From positions 205,186 to 269,185 of the forward strand of contig CALDOX010000014.1 of NCBI GenBank assembly GCA_937912005.1: 64,000 nt of DNA, given 5' to 3'. Origin of the DNA: an uncultured Alphaproteobacteria bacterium (GTDB lineage: Bacteria; Pseudomonadota; Alphaproteobacteria; CAAGCB01; CAG-977). Both the position numbers and the translations under genes were made by a program. The notes beneath the pieces are model-generated. The model searched no databases, was not told the DNA's origin, and was given only the letters and a program-made list of their open reading frames with translations. Shown one piece after another: positions 51,077 to 60,667 of the stretch (within the stretch, counting starts at the first letter, position 1; each line of letters starts with the position of its first letter).

Positions 51077-52765
51077 TTATCCCCATTGCTTTTTTATCCA
51101 ATTAAATAAATCGTTTTCCCGTTCTTTAATAGTAACTTTATTCCAACCTTTTTTCTTAATTAAATCAGAAACCTCACGTTCAATAAATAAATCTCTATAT
51201 GCGTCTTTTTTCTCATCCGGTTTTTTATCTTGAAGAGAGCTATTCTTAGAGGCTTCTAAGATCAAAAGATTACCCAATCGATGTTTATAGATTTTATCAT
51301 TTTTTTCTGCATCAAAAGAATCCACGCAGTGTTCTGTATCTGCTTTTGGGAAAATATGCTCAATAGTATCTTTTACAGGAGAAGTTAAAATTGCATTCCA
51401 AGTTTTTTTCTGTATTTGCTTTGTTTTCCGCGCTTTTTCAGCTAAATATAATTCTCGTTTATAAAATAAGTATTTTAATTCTTCATCCCAAGTTTCATAT
51501 AAATTTGATTTTTTTAAAAACTTAATAGCTTGTTCAATATTACAATCTTCAGAAAGTTTCTGTATTTGTTTTATAGCATCTTTGTATTTAATTACTCCTT
51601 TAATGATATTCCGTCCAATGACAATAAAATCACCTACTTTAAAACGAGCATCTTTCTGTTCAAGGCCATAAATTTTAAACGTTGATTTCTCCCATTCCGC
51701 AATCAATTCTTCCTTTTGATCATGAGTATAATTGGACAACCAAATACATAAAGCTAAAAAGCGAGGCTGTTGAATACGAATTAAAAATCTAATGCTATTA
51801 TTTATTTCTAATTCTTTTAATTTAGAAATATATTTCTTTAATTCTCTTGCTATTTCTATAGCATTTGAAGATTTTCCTTCACTTTTTTTCATTAAGTATA
51901 AAACACTGTCTTCCTCTTTTAAAAAACGGCTGGTTGTATCTTTTAAAGTAGCAAGATAACGAATTGCCATTGAACCAAATTCTTTATTTTCACCTAATTC
52001 ATCATAGATAGAAGACCAAATTTTATGCATAGATTCAATTTGAGATTTTGTTGCGGTTTTTTCATAAAGAAGCCCCATCATCATACATTTTAATCTATCC
52101 AACCATTCAACGGGGAGACCGCGAAAATTAAGAACTTCAAAGGTTCTATAGACTACACTTTCATCATCAATGGTATGCAATATAAAAGAGAGTTTGTTTT
52201 TTAATAAAGCATATAAATCAAGAATCTTTGCATTATTTTTGTTTATCCATTTATCAACGAATTCTTGACATAACTGTATTGAATTTTTTAATAACCGATC
52301 TGAAAGTCTTTGAATATCGTCATCAGTATTATTAATTGTTCCTTTTCTTAGCCATTCAGAGAATATTTCATGTTTATCGTGGTTCATTTTTAAAATAGGC
52401 GTTGTGTGCTTATCTGATTTTACAAGAATCCGTCCTAATTCATTTTTATCTTCCGTATTATCCTCTAACTTTAAGTAGATTGCTTTCAATAAAATCAACA
52501 AAGTAGTGATTCTTTGTTGTCCGTCAACGATATCATAAATTGTATATTCTGTTGTGCTGCCTAAATTTTCTTTTTCTTTGTGTTTTAAACAAACCAATGT
52601 AGCCATGAAATGTTCAGAACGTTTATGCTCATAAACATTTTCTATATCAGAAAACAATGCCTTGATTTGCTTCTCTTCCCAACTATAAGCTCTTTGATAT
52701 TCTGGAATCGAAAAAAGGCGTTCATTTAACAGCTGACTTAAAGTATACAATTCCGGTTTTAACAT
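51077..52765 (-). CDS. GmrSD-family type IV restriction endonuclease (DUF262 plus DUF1524)
   Basis: N-terminal IPEYQRAYSW and VDGQQRITTL; C-terminal His-Me finger EHIFP...LGNLLILEASKNSSLQDK. Confidence 0.7.
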   Translation of the reverse strand: MLKPELYTLSQLLNERLFSIPEYQRAYSWEEKQIKALFSDIENVYEHKRSEHFMATLVCLKHKEKENLGSTTEYTIYDIVDGQQRITTLLILLKAIYLKLEDNTEDKNELGRILVKSDKHTTPILKMNHDKHEIFSEWLRKGTINNTDDDIQRLSDRLLKNSIQLCQEFVDKWINKNNAKILDLYALLKNKLSFILHTIDDESVVYRTFEVLNFRGLPVEWLDRLKCMMMGLLYEKTATKSQIESMHKIWSSIYDELGENKEFGSMAIRYLATLKDTTSRFLKEEDSVLYLMKKSEGKSSNAIEIARELKKYISKLKELEINNSIRFLIRIQQPRFLALCIWLSNYTHDQKEELIAEWEKSTFKIYGLEQKDARFKVGDFIVIGRNIIKGVIKYKDAIKQIQKLSEDCNIEQAIKFLKKSNLYETWDEELKYLFYKRELYLAEKARKTKQIQKKTWNAILTSPVKDTIEHIFPKADTEHCVDSFDAEKNDKIYKHRLGNLLILEASKNSSLQDKKPDEKKDAYRDLFIEREVSDLIKKKGWNKVTIKERENDLFNWIKKQWG

Positions 52766-52792
52766 TTTTTCCCCTTTTTTGACTGAGTTATC

Positions 52793-53710
52793 TTAACGGT
52801 TCTGTTTTTTTATGATCGTTTTCACCGCTTCGATTTCATCCGCGCAGAAACCGCTTGTATCGCTGCGAATGATGCCGTTTTCGTTCAGGAGGCACGGCAG
52901 GCTTAAAGCGGTGTCTGTATGACCGAACTCGCCGTTTAATGGGCGGGTCAGAGGGACGCATATCGTGTATCCCTGTTTGATTTCGTTGATGATGTAGGCG
53001 ATACAGCCGGCGATACCGTAATGCGTGCGCCCTTTGCCTTTGATGATGTCCGCACCCATATCGGCAATGTGTTGCGCGATGGTTTGTTTGTCCGTTTCGG
53101 TCAGTGTTTTATTATGCGTCACCAGCCACTCGGGCAACGGCTGATTTTCAACCGTAACGGAGCTCCACAAAAGAATGGAATTGGAGCCGTGTTCTCCGAC
53201 GACAAAAGCGCGGATCGATTTTTCCGCTACGCCCAAAAAGTCGCCCAATACCGAACGGAAACGAGCGGAATCCAACAGGCATCCCGTGCCGAACACGCGT
53301 CCCGTTGTTTCGTTCAATTCTTCCGCGATGATCTGTGTGATCGTATCGACGGGATTGGACACGACGATGACCAGTCCGTGCGCGTTGTTTTCTTTCAATT
53401 TAGCGGCGATATCTTTGGCAATGACAGCATTTCTTCCGATCAGATCCATGCGCGTTTCACCGACTTTCCGATTGACGCCCGCCGTAACGATGACGATATC
53501 ACTGTCCGCCGTATCAGCATAGGATCCTTGAAAAACCTTTGTCGGACTGATTTCCGCCAATCCGGGGCGAATGTCGGCGACTTCCGCTCTGACCGCTGTG
53601 TCGTTGATGTCGATCAAAGCGATTTCGTCTGCGGCTTCGACGAGCATCAGCGAATACGCTATGCTGGAACCGACATATCCCGCTCCGATGATGGAAATCT
53701 TTTTTATCAT
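52793..53710 (-). CDS. L-lactate/malate dehydrogenase family protein
   Basis: Rossmann motif ISIIGAGYVGSS; LDH/MDH core motifs. Confidence 0.7.
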   Translation of the reverse strand: MIKKISIIGAGYVGSSIAYSLMLVEAADEIALIDINDTAVRAEVADIRPGLAEISPTKVFQGSYADTADSDIVIVTAGVNRKVGETRMDLIGRNAVIAKDIAAKLKENNAHGLVIVVSNPVDTITQIIAEELNETTGRVFGTGCLLDSARFRSVLGDFLGVAEKSIRAFVVGEHGSNSILLWSSVTVENQPLPEWLVTHNKTLTETDKQTIAQHIADMGADIIKGKGRTHYGIAGCIAYIINEIKQGYTICVPLTRPLNGEFGHTDTALSLPCLLNENGIIRSDTSGFCADEIEAVKTIIKKQNR

Positions 53711-54888
53711 GACACGTTCACAATCCTTGACAGTTCTCTGATTAAATCGTGGCCGTCCCAGACGACGTCGATGTCCATCGCTTTGCCGGCGGGGACGATG
53801 CGGTCGATGCCGCGGACGTTCGCGGCGATCAGTTCTTCGCGCAATTTGACCGGATCGATGCCGAAATATGTGATCGTCTGGAATTTTTCCGTGATTACGG
53901 CGCAGAGTTCCTGAACATCATTCAGACTATGTTCAAAGAAGTATCCTCCTTTGCCGCGGTGGTTGATGATATCGGGCGTTAATACTTCGACTTCTTCGCG
54001 ATATAGCAGATTGCCGCTATGGGCGAAGTTTTGCGCGTTGGCGTTTCTAACGGCTTCGGTGCAGAACAGCGTGTACTTGTCAACGGCAACCGCGTCCTGC
54101 AAAGCGTATTTCGCTTTGGCAACCTCCAGAGCCGCGCTCCAGAACTTTTCCCGCGCATCATCGCTGCCGTTTTGCCACAGGATGATTTGCGGCGAAGAAC
54201 AGGCATTCTGATCCATTAGCCACGTGTCGTTATAGAAGTTTTCCGCCAGCCGTTTCATTTGCGCTTCATCGGCGTTCAAAACCGCTTCACCGTCGATTAT
54301 CGCCAAAGAATACCGGTCGGCGAAAGCGATATCGACACAGCGCGGGGACGCCGGACACGCTTTGACGGCGGCGATCGTCTTATCACCGCCCCAAATCATA
54401 CGGGCGTCGGCGTGTTTGCAAAATTCAGCGGTGATTTCATCGCTGCGCGGATAGCGGACGAACGCCGTTCTTTTTTCGATTTCGGGATACCCGGCCAGCA
54501 CTTTTTTCATCAAAGCACACAAGGCGTCGATCTGCGGGAAAGTCTTCGACGGCAAACGGACGACGTTCGCATTCCCCGCCAGCAGTCCGAACAGATAAGT
54601 GAACGCGAAATTCACCGGAATGTTGGACGGCGCGATATGAAAGCATAATCCGCGCCCCAGGCGTCCCGCCGTATCGCCGAACGTTTCTTTCAGCTTTTGC
54701 AGGTTCGCCTTGCGTCCCCAAAACGCCAAAGCTGACAAATCCGGATAAGCCCTTGCCAACGGGGATTTCAGAATTTCCGCCGACAGCTCCGCGATAAAAG
54801 CGCACGCCGTATCGTCATACACCCGTATCGGCGTATTGACGACATCCGCCGTTCCGATCACATACTCAACGCCGTTCAAAGGTATCAC
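53707..54888 (-). CDS. LuxC-like acyl-CoA/acyl-protein reductase
   Basis: LuxC family length and pattern; 4-nt overlap with the downstream gene. Confidence 0.55.
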   Translation of the reverse strand: MIPLNGVEYVIGTADVVNTPIRVYDDTACAFIAELSAEILKSPLARAYPDLSALAFWGRKANLQKLKETFGDTAGRLGRGLCFHIAPSNIPVNFAFTYLFGLLAGNANVVRLPSKTFPQIDALCALMKKVLAGYPEIEKRTAFVRYPRSDEITAEFCKHADARMIWGGDKTIAAVKACPASPRCVDIAFADRYSLAIIDGEAVLNADEAQMKRLAENFYNDTWLMDQNACSSPQIILWQNGSDDAREKFWSAALEVAKAKYALQDAVAVDKYTLFCTEAVRNANAQNFAHSGNLLYREEVEVLTPDIINHRGKGGYFFEHSLNDVQELCAVITEKFQTITYFGIDPVKLREELIAANVRGIDRIVPAGKAMDIDVVWDGHDLIRELSRIVNVS

Positions 54889-55942
54889 TGCACCCTCTCA
54901 ATTCAGCGCTCTTGATGCGCCCGTGGATTTTGAAATACTTGCCTTTTCTGCCGCACGGACAGTCGTCCACGCCCAGAATTTCCCCTTCGTCCTCGGTTAA
55001 GAGAACGTGCCCCGGATAGCTGACAGGAAGGACGGACAACAGCTCCATCAATCCCTTTTCGCCGATTTCCGCTTCGGAAAAGTCTTTCGAGCGACGGATG
55101 ATCACATCGGAATAATTGGAGCAATGCATATGCCCGTGTTCACATTCGACAAAGACCGAACCGAGCTGCTCCGCCATCCCGTAATAGTTATAGACTTTGA
55201 CGTTGCCCAGACGTCCTTGAACGCGGCGGTTGAATTCCAACGCGTCGACCTCCTGATCTTTCAGCTTTTTCCATCCGCCGATATGGAACAGAACGGCGTT
55301 TTGAGCGTTAAAGGAAATGTTCTTTTCCTCCAAAGCGCGCACGACAAACTGCCAAATCATATAGGTGTAGCCGAACATTAAAATCGGTTCGTTTTGATGT
55401 TCCTCGAAGAAAGCGGCGACTTTATCGACATCGATGTTCATTTCGGCGTCCAGCGCGTAAGTGCTGTTGCGGCCGAAAATCGAAAAGCCGATAATGCCCG
55501 CGCCGCGCGCCGAATACATCGACCGGTCTTTCTTGATCATTTCCGTATCAAGCAGCAACAGCGGCAGACGCTGTTTGCCGATGAACGAAGAAATGATCTC
55601 GTTCAGCGTCTTTGTCTGCGAACGCACGTTGTCCGCGTTCAAAAAGATTTTGGACACCGCCTGTCCCGATGTTCCCGAAGACGTCAGCGTCTTGGTGATT
55701 TCCTCTTTCGGAACGGAGCGCAATTCGAACTGCTTGAACAACCGGACCGGCAGGAACGGCAAATCCGCGCAAGCGTGATTTTGCGCCGCGTCAAACCTCA
55801 GCGCGTCCAATATCCGCGCGTATTCGGGGCAAGCCGCATAATGACGGCGCGTCAGGTCGTTTAAAATATCCTTCAGCGCCTCGTCTTTCTCGGCTTTGCT
55901 CAAAGAATAAGGGGCGATTTGGAACAACTCGTCAAGCGTCAT
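54866..55942 (-). CDS. LuxE-like acyl-protein synthetase
   Basis: LuxE family pattern; adjacent to the LuxC-like gene. Confidence 0.55.
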   Translation of the reverse strand: MTLDELFQIAPYSLSKAEKDEALKDILNDLTRRHYAACPEYARILDALRFDAAQNHACADLPFLPVRLFKQFELRSVPKEEITKTLTSSGTSGQAVSKIFLNADNVRSQTKTLNEIISSFIGKQRLPLLLLDTEMIKKDRSMYSARGAGIIGFSIFGRNSTYALDAEMNIDVDKVAAFFEEHQNEPILMFGYTYMIWQFVVRALEEKNISFNAQNAVLFHIGGWKKLKDQEVDALEFNRRVQGRLGNVKVYNYYGMAEQLGSVFVECEHGHMHCSNYSDVIIRRSKDFSEAEIGEKGLMELLSVLPVSYPGHVLLTEDEGEILGVDDCPCGRKGKYFKIHGRIKSAELRGCSDTFERR

Positions 55943-56528
55943 GGCTCACCTCTTTGATAAAAATATCCTGCGGGTCGGAAAACGTCGCCCCGAACGTGGC
56001 ATAGACGTTCATTACCGCCGCGTTTTGCGTGCTGACGCGCCCTTCCAGTTTTTTATACCCGCGCTCTTTGGCGATCTTGCAGGCGTTCGCATACAAAGCC
56101 ATAGCCGCTCCCGTCATACGGTACTTTTCCTCTACAGCCGCCAAATGCACGAACACCGTATCCGGCGCCGTTTCTTTCAACGCCAGAAATCCGACAGGCT
56201 GTTCTTTGAACAAAGCGACAAAGACGGTGTCCAACTCATCGACCCATTTTTTCAAAACGACGCCTGAAACATCGGTCGAACAGTCGGGTAGAACGTGAAA
56301 CCGCCGGTCATAAGCAAACGAAGCGACGGCAATACGCAAAACATCGTCCTTATATTCCGCCGTTTCGATGATCGGCAGACGGATGAACCTGTCCAGATCG
56401 ACCGCGATTTTAGACAGGCTGATCGTTGTTTTCATCGTCCGGTCGGCAAAGAAAAAGCCGTCCCGCTGCATACGGATTTCGTTGGCGGCATCGGTTGGCG
56501 CGACAATGTATCCGTCCGTTTCCGTCAT
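55932..56528 (-). CDS. GNAT-family N-acetyltransferase
   Basis: C-terminal GNAT core (VHLAAVEEKYRMTGAAMALY). Confidence 0.5.
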   Translation of the reverse strand: MTETDGYIVAPTDAANEIRMQRDGFFFADRTMKTTISLSKIAVDLDRFIRLPIIETAEYKDDVLRIAVASFAYDRRFHVLPDCSTDVSGVVLKKWVDELDTVFVALFKEQPVGFLALKETAPDTVFVHLAAVEEKYRMTGAAMALYANACKIAKERGYKKLEGRVSTQNAAVMNVYATFGATFSDPQDIFIKEVSHDA

Positions 56529-57958
56529 CGTTCATTCAGCTCCGCATAAAGGGTTTTGCCCGCGTCGTTCTTCGGGATTTCCGGCAAATACTTGACGTGG
56601 AACGCCGTAAAGTTCAGATGCGTCTTTTCCGCGACGAAAGTCTGCACTTCCTTGATTTTCGTTTCGTCGGTAACAAAGATTTTCATCGCGTCGTCAACGC
56701 CCGCGCACGCACATTCAAAATCGGGATAGTGCGCTTTGATCAGCCGTTCCGTTTCATCCAGATTCACGCGGTTGCCGAAGATTTTTAAGAACCGCTTTTT
56801 CCGTCCGACAATGGAGAAATAGCTGTCCGCGTCAAATTTCGCCATATCGCCTGTTTGCAACACGCCGCCGCGTTCGTCGCCTTTGGCAAGATCTTCGCCG
56901 CAAACGGCATAGCCCAACGTCACGTTGTCGCCCGTATAGACCAGTTCTCCGACCGTTTCTGGCGTTGTAATTTTTCCGCCGTCCGCGTCGATCAGATCAA
57001 ACCTGCCGCCGGGAATGGCGATCCCCATCGCGCCGCACTTTTCCAAAGCCTTTGACGCCGGCAGATACGCCATGCGCGCCGTTGCTTCCGCCTGTCCGTA
57101 CATCACGATAAAGCGTTTGCCTTCGCGTTCGGCGTATTCGGCGAACTTCTTGTGCAGTTCAGGCAAAATCTTTCCCCCTGCCTGCGTCATCGTGCGCAAA
57201 TCGGGCAGCTTGCGGCGGAAGAACATCAACTTGTCCAGCATCTCGTAAGTATAGGGAACGCCGCCGAAAGAGGTCGCTTTCTGTTGTGTGAAGAAGTCCC
57301 AGAACTCGCGCTGCATCAACGTCTTGCGCGTCATCAGAAGCGTTGCTCCCGCCGCCAGATGCGTGTTGATGATCGACAGGCCGTAAGTGTAATTCATCGG
57401 CAGCGTCGTGATCGCGCGTTCCGTTTCGTCGATTTCCAGATACTCGACGATCGAACGCGTGTTCGCTTTGATATTTTTATAGCTTTGACGGACGAATTTC
57501 GGCGATCCCGTCGATCCCGAAGTCGTCAGCAACAACGCCAGTTCCTCATGTAACGGATAAGCGTGTTCGTCCGCCCGCTTCAACAGCGTGTAGCCGTTCG
57601 ACGCATAGACGGCTTCGCCTTCAAACTCCGCCGTCTTATCCGTCGGCAACCAGAGGTAATCCGGCTTGTAAAGCGTTAAAAAATTATCCAACAGTTCGCG
57701 GTCGATATGCTCGTCCAGCATCAGCGGCACAATGCCGTGATTTAAAAACGACACATACCCGATCAGAGAACCGGCCGTGTTCGAGCATAAGTTGAAAACA
57801 AGACAACGGTCGGGAACGACGGCCGCCAACGCTTCCGTTTCTTCGCTCAGCCGCGCGTAGGAAAACGTTTCCCCGTCTTCCGTCACAACGGCCGTGTTGT
57901 CTTTAAACTCAAGCAAATTCCACATTGTATTTGGCAAGGATCTCTTTTCCTTTTTCAT
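56525..57958 (-). CDS. AMP-dependent synthetase/ligase (acyl-AMP/ACP ligase-like)
   Basis: AMP-binding motif TSGSTGSPK; adenylation domain length. Confidence 0.7.
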   Translation of the reverse strand: MKKEKRSLPNTMWNLLEFKDNTAVVTEDGETFSYARLSEETEALAAVVPDRCLVFNLCSNTAGSLIGYVSFLNHGIVPLMLDEHIDRELLDNFLTLYKPDYLWLPTDKTAEFEGEAVYASNGYTLLKRADEHAYPLHEELALLLTTSGSTGSPKFVRQSYKNIKANTRSIVEYLEIDETERAITTLPMNYTYGLSIINTHLAAGATLLMTRKTLMQREFWDFFTQQKATSFGGVPYTYEMLDKLMFFRRKLPDLRTMTQAGGKILPELHKKFAEYAEREGKRFIVMYGQAEATARMAYLPASKALEKCGAMGIAIPGGRFDLIDADGGKITTPETVGELVYTGDNVTLGYAVCGEDLAKGDERGGVLQTGDMAKFDADSYFSIVGRKKRFLKIFGNRVNLDETERLIKAHYPDFECACAGVDDAMKIFVTDETKIKEVQTFVAEKTHLNFTAFHVKYLPEIPKNDAGKTLYAELNER

Positions 57959-58154
57959 AGCTGTTCAAATCGACGATGTCGTCGGGTTCCAACATAATGT
58001 CGAACGCTTCCTCGATCTGCGCGACCAAGCCCATGTGCCCGACGGAATCCCAAGCGTCGATCGCCTGAAACTTCAAGCCTTTCGCCGTGTCCGCATCGAT
58101 GTCGAATGCCTGACAAAAGGCATTCGTGTATTTTTCCTCGTTTGTCATTTGCAT
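57909..58154 (-). CDS. acyl carrier protein
   Basis: Phosphopantetheine attachment motif DAWDSVGHMGLV. Confidence 0.7.
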   Translation of the reverse strand: MQMTNEEKYTNAFCQAFDIDADTAKGLKFQAIDAWDSVGHMGLVAQIEEAFDIMLEPDDIVDLNSYEKGKEILAKYNVEFA

Positions 58155-59122
58155 AACTCCTCGTAAGTCTTTTGAATTTTTAAAGCGATTTGATCCGCCG
58201 TCAGACCGGCCTGTTCCAACAGGTACGGATAACTTGCCGCGTGGGGATAGTCCCCCGAAACGCCGATGATCAGGTGAGGGGGCTTATTCCTTTCCAAAGC
58301 CAGAGCTTCGGCAACCGCGCCGCCAATCCCGCCGTAAACGCTGTGTTCCTCGACGGTAACGATCAGTTTCGCCGAACAGGCGGCTTTGACCGCCTCCACA
58401 TCCAGCGGCTTGATCGTGTGCATATCGACGACTTTGACCGACAAGCCGTTTTCCGCGAGCTTTTCCGCCGCTTTCAAAGAATTGTAAACCATCGTTCCCG
58501 TCGCGATGACGGCAATATCCGTTCCCTCGCGCAACGTGATCGCCTTGCCGATTTCAAAATCAAAGTCTTCCTTGTAAACGACGGGAATATTATTGGGGCC
58601 GCCGATCCGCATATATGTCGGCTGTTGATTTTCAGCCATAGCCATCATCATTTTGACCGTTTGCGTCGCATCACACGGGGAAAGGACGGTTATATTCGGG
58701 AACGTTCTGTATAGGGCAATATCATGCAACCCCAAATGTGTCGGACCGCATTCTCCTTGCGTCAGTCCTGTAAAAATACCGACAAGTTTGACATTGCTTT
58801 TCATATATGCCATGGCGACATGAGCCTGATCTGCACAGCGCATCGAAGCAAAAGCCGCCTGAAACGCCAGAAAAGGAACAAATCCTTCGCTTGCCAGACC
58901 GGCGGCGACATTGATGGCATTTTGCTCGGAAATCCCCATGTTGAAATAACGGTCGGGATATTGTTTTTCAAACCGCCCTAAACCGATCAATGCGGCTTGA
59001 TCCGCCGTCATGGCAATGATTTTTTCATTTTCGCCCGCCAGATCGAAAACGGTTTTTCCGAAAGTGCCGCGTTGTCCCAATAACGCCCAAGACCGAATAT
59101 TCGCTGGAGAAAATTTAATCAT
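58145..59122 (-). CDS. transketolase, C-terminal (pyrimidine-binding) subunit
   Basis: Split transketolase family pattern (GISEQNAINVAAGLA...). Confidence 0.75.
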   Translation of the reverse strand: MIKFSPANIRSWALLGQRGTFGKTVFDLAGENEKIIAMTADQAALIGLGRFEKQYPDRYFNMGISEQNAINVAAGLASEGFVPFLAFQAAFASMRCADQAHVAMAYMKSNVKLVGIFTGLTQGECGPTHLGLHDIALYRTFPNITVLSPCDATQTVKMMMAMAENQQPTYMRIGGPNNIPVVYKEDFDFEIGKAITLREGTDIAVIATGTMVYNSLKAAEKLAENGLSVKVVDMHTIKPLDVEAVKAACSAKLIVTVEEHSVYGGIGGAVAEALALERNKPPHLIIGVSGDYPHAASYPYLLEQAGLTADQIALKIQKTYEELCK

Positions 59123-59930
59123 CTTCCTGCTCCTTCATCGCCTGTTCGTATTGCTGCTGTGTCAGCGGATGGACGTGCCATTCCGGATTGTTTTCGATAA
59201 AGGAAACCCCTTTGCCTTTTATTGTTTGCGCCATGATTGCGACGGGCTTTTCGCTATGATGGGCAAAAGCAGTCAGAAGACTTTCCACATTGTGACCATC
59301 AGCTTGAACGGTATCGAAACCGAACGCTTGCCAACGTTTTGTCAGATCGTCTTTGTTCACGATGTCTTTTGTCGGCGCGTCAAGTTGCAATTTGTTTTCA
59401 TCAACAATGACAGTAATGTTGTTCAGTTTATGATGGGAAACAAACGAAGCCGCTTCCCATATCGAACCTTCGTCACATTCTCCGTCACCAATGACGACAT
59501 AGATATGCGCAGGATTGTTTTTTCTTTTGAACGCCAGAGCGATACCCGCCGCCAAGGAAAGTCCTTGCCCCAAAGAACCGGAGGAAAACTCTATACCACA
59601 GCGCGGATTTTTACACGGATGAGTCCAGAACGGTCCGCCGTCATGTTTGAACGTTGAAAGCTCTTCATCGGTTATAAAGCCGGCTTCTTTAAGCGTTGCG
59701 TAAAGAGCAATGGCTCCATGCCCTTTGCTTAAGATAAATCGGTCGCGTGTTTCGCTGTCTTTTGTTTCAGGAGAAACATTCATCACCCCTAAATATAAAG
59801 TCGCCAGAATTTCCGGCAAAGACAATCCGCCGCCGATATGTGCGCCATATGCTCCAGCGTGATAAGTCATATCTATGATGTTCCGCCTGATATGAATTGC
59901 CGCTTTTGTTATTTCTTCAACGCGGTTCAT
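59115..59930 (-). CDS. transketolase, N-terminal (TPP-binding) subunit
   Basis: GHGAIALYATL and GDG TPP-binding motifs. Confidence 0.75.
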   Translation of the reverse strand: MNRVEEITKAAIHIRRNIIDMTYHAGAYGAHIGGGLSLPEILATLYLGVMNVSPETKDSETRDRFILSKGHGAIALYATLKEAGFITDEELSTFKHDGGPFWTHPCKNPRCGIEFSSGSLGQGLSLAAGIALAFKRKNNPAHIYVVIGDGECDEGSIWEAASFVSHHKLNNITVIVDENKLQLDAPTKDIVNKDDLTKRWQAFGFDTVQADGHNVESLLTAFAHHSEKPVAIMAQTIKGKGVSFIENNPEWHVHPLTQQQYEQAMKEQEDD

Positions 59931-60667
59931 GCCTGTCCCCCATCAGCCCGAATAACCGTTCCATTCACGAATGAAGACAAATCACTTGCTAAAAATAAAG
60001 CAATATCAGCGATTTCAGATGGCTTCCCTTTTCGCTTTAACGCAGAAGATGCTATCATTCGTTCTTCCACAAAATCTTTTACAGATGCTCCCATTTCTGT
60101 ATCGATCAGTCCCGGAGCAATCGCATTGACACGAATATTGTAACTTCCCAGTTCCGCCGCCAACGTCTTTGTCCACGCTGCAACAGCCGCTTTAGATGTA
60201 CCATAAGCCGAATTTCCAGCAGGAAGATCTATTCCCGAAACAGACGCAAAATTGATGATGCTTCCCGCTTTTTGACGACACATCTTTCGCAAAATCAATT
60301 GCGTAATTTCCATTTGAGAAAAGAAGTTAATTTCGAAAATTTCCCTGATTTGCGTAACAGGTGTTCGTAGAAAACTGACACCATGACCGATTCCGGCACA
60401 GTTGATTAAAACATCTATCGGGGATTTTCCCAAAACGAACGGCTTTAATGCCGCTCGAATAGTTTCGGTATCCGTCATTTCAAAATAAACAGGTGTTATT
60501 TTAACATTATATCGGGAAGAAAGATCATTTAGTAACTGAATAAAACCGTTCGTTTCTTTTCTGGCATGAGCTATAACATTAGCTCTGTTCACCGCAAATG
60601 TCTCCAACAAAGCTTTTCCGATACCGCGGTTTGTTCCCGTAATTAAAGCTGTTCTCCCTTTAAGCAT
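59927..60667 (-). CDS. short-chain dehydrogenase/reductase (FabG-like)
   Basis: TGTNRGIGKAL Rossmann motif; YxxxK (YGTSKAA). Confidence 0.8.
   Translation of the reverse strand: MLKGRTALITGTNRGIGKALLETFAVNRANVIAHARKETNGFIQLLNDLSSRYNVKITPVYFEMTDTETIRAALKPFVLGKSPIDVLINCAGIGHGVSFLRTPVTQIREIFEINFFSQMEITQLILRKMCRQKAGSIINFASVSGIDLPAGNSAYGTSKAAVAAWTKTLAAELGSYNIRVNAIAPGLIDTEMGASVKDFVEERMIASSALKRKGKPSEIADIALFLASDLSSFVNGTVIRADGGQA

Larger units (their letters stand above)
39551..52765. mobile_element. integrated mobilizable element (IME-like) at the tRNA-Arg 3' end; right boundary uncertain and no integrase in window
   Basis: Begins at the tRNA 3' end. Holds oriT-like IR, mobC and relaxase, ArdC, DUF2958, error-prone polymerase cassette, defence genes and AT-rich patches. 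Confidence 0.5.

Noticed and set aside
39551-52765. Integrase or recombinase for the tRNA-Arg element
   Set aside because: No ORF in the window shows tyrosine-recombinase (R..H..R..Y) or serine-recombinase motifs, so none is reported; it may lie outside the window or be lost.
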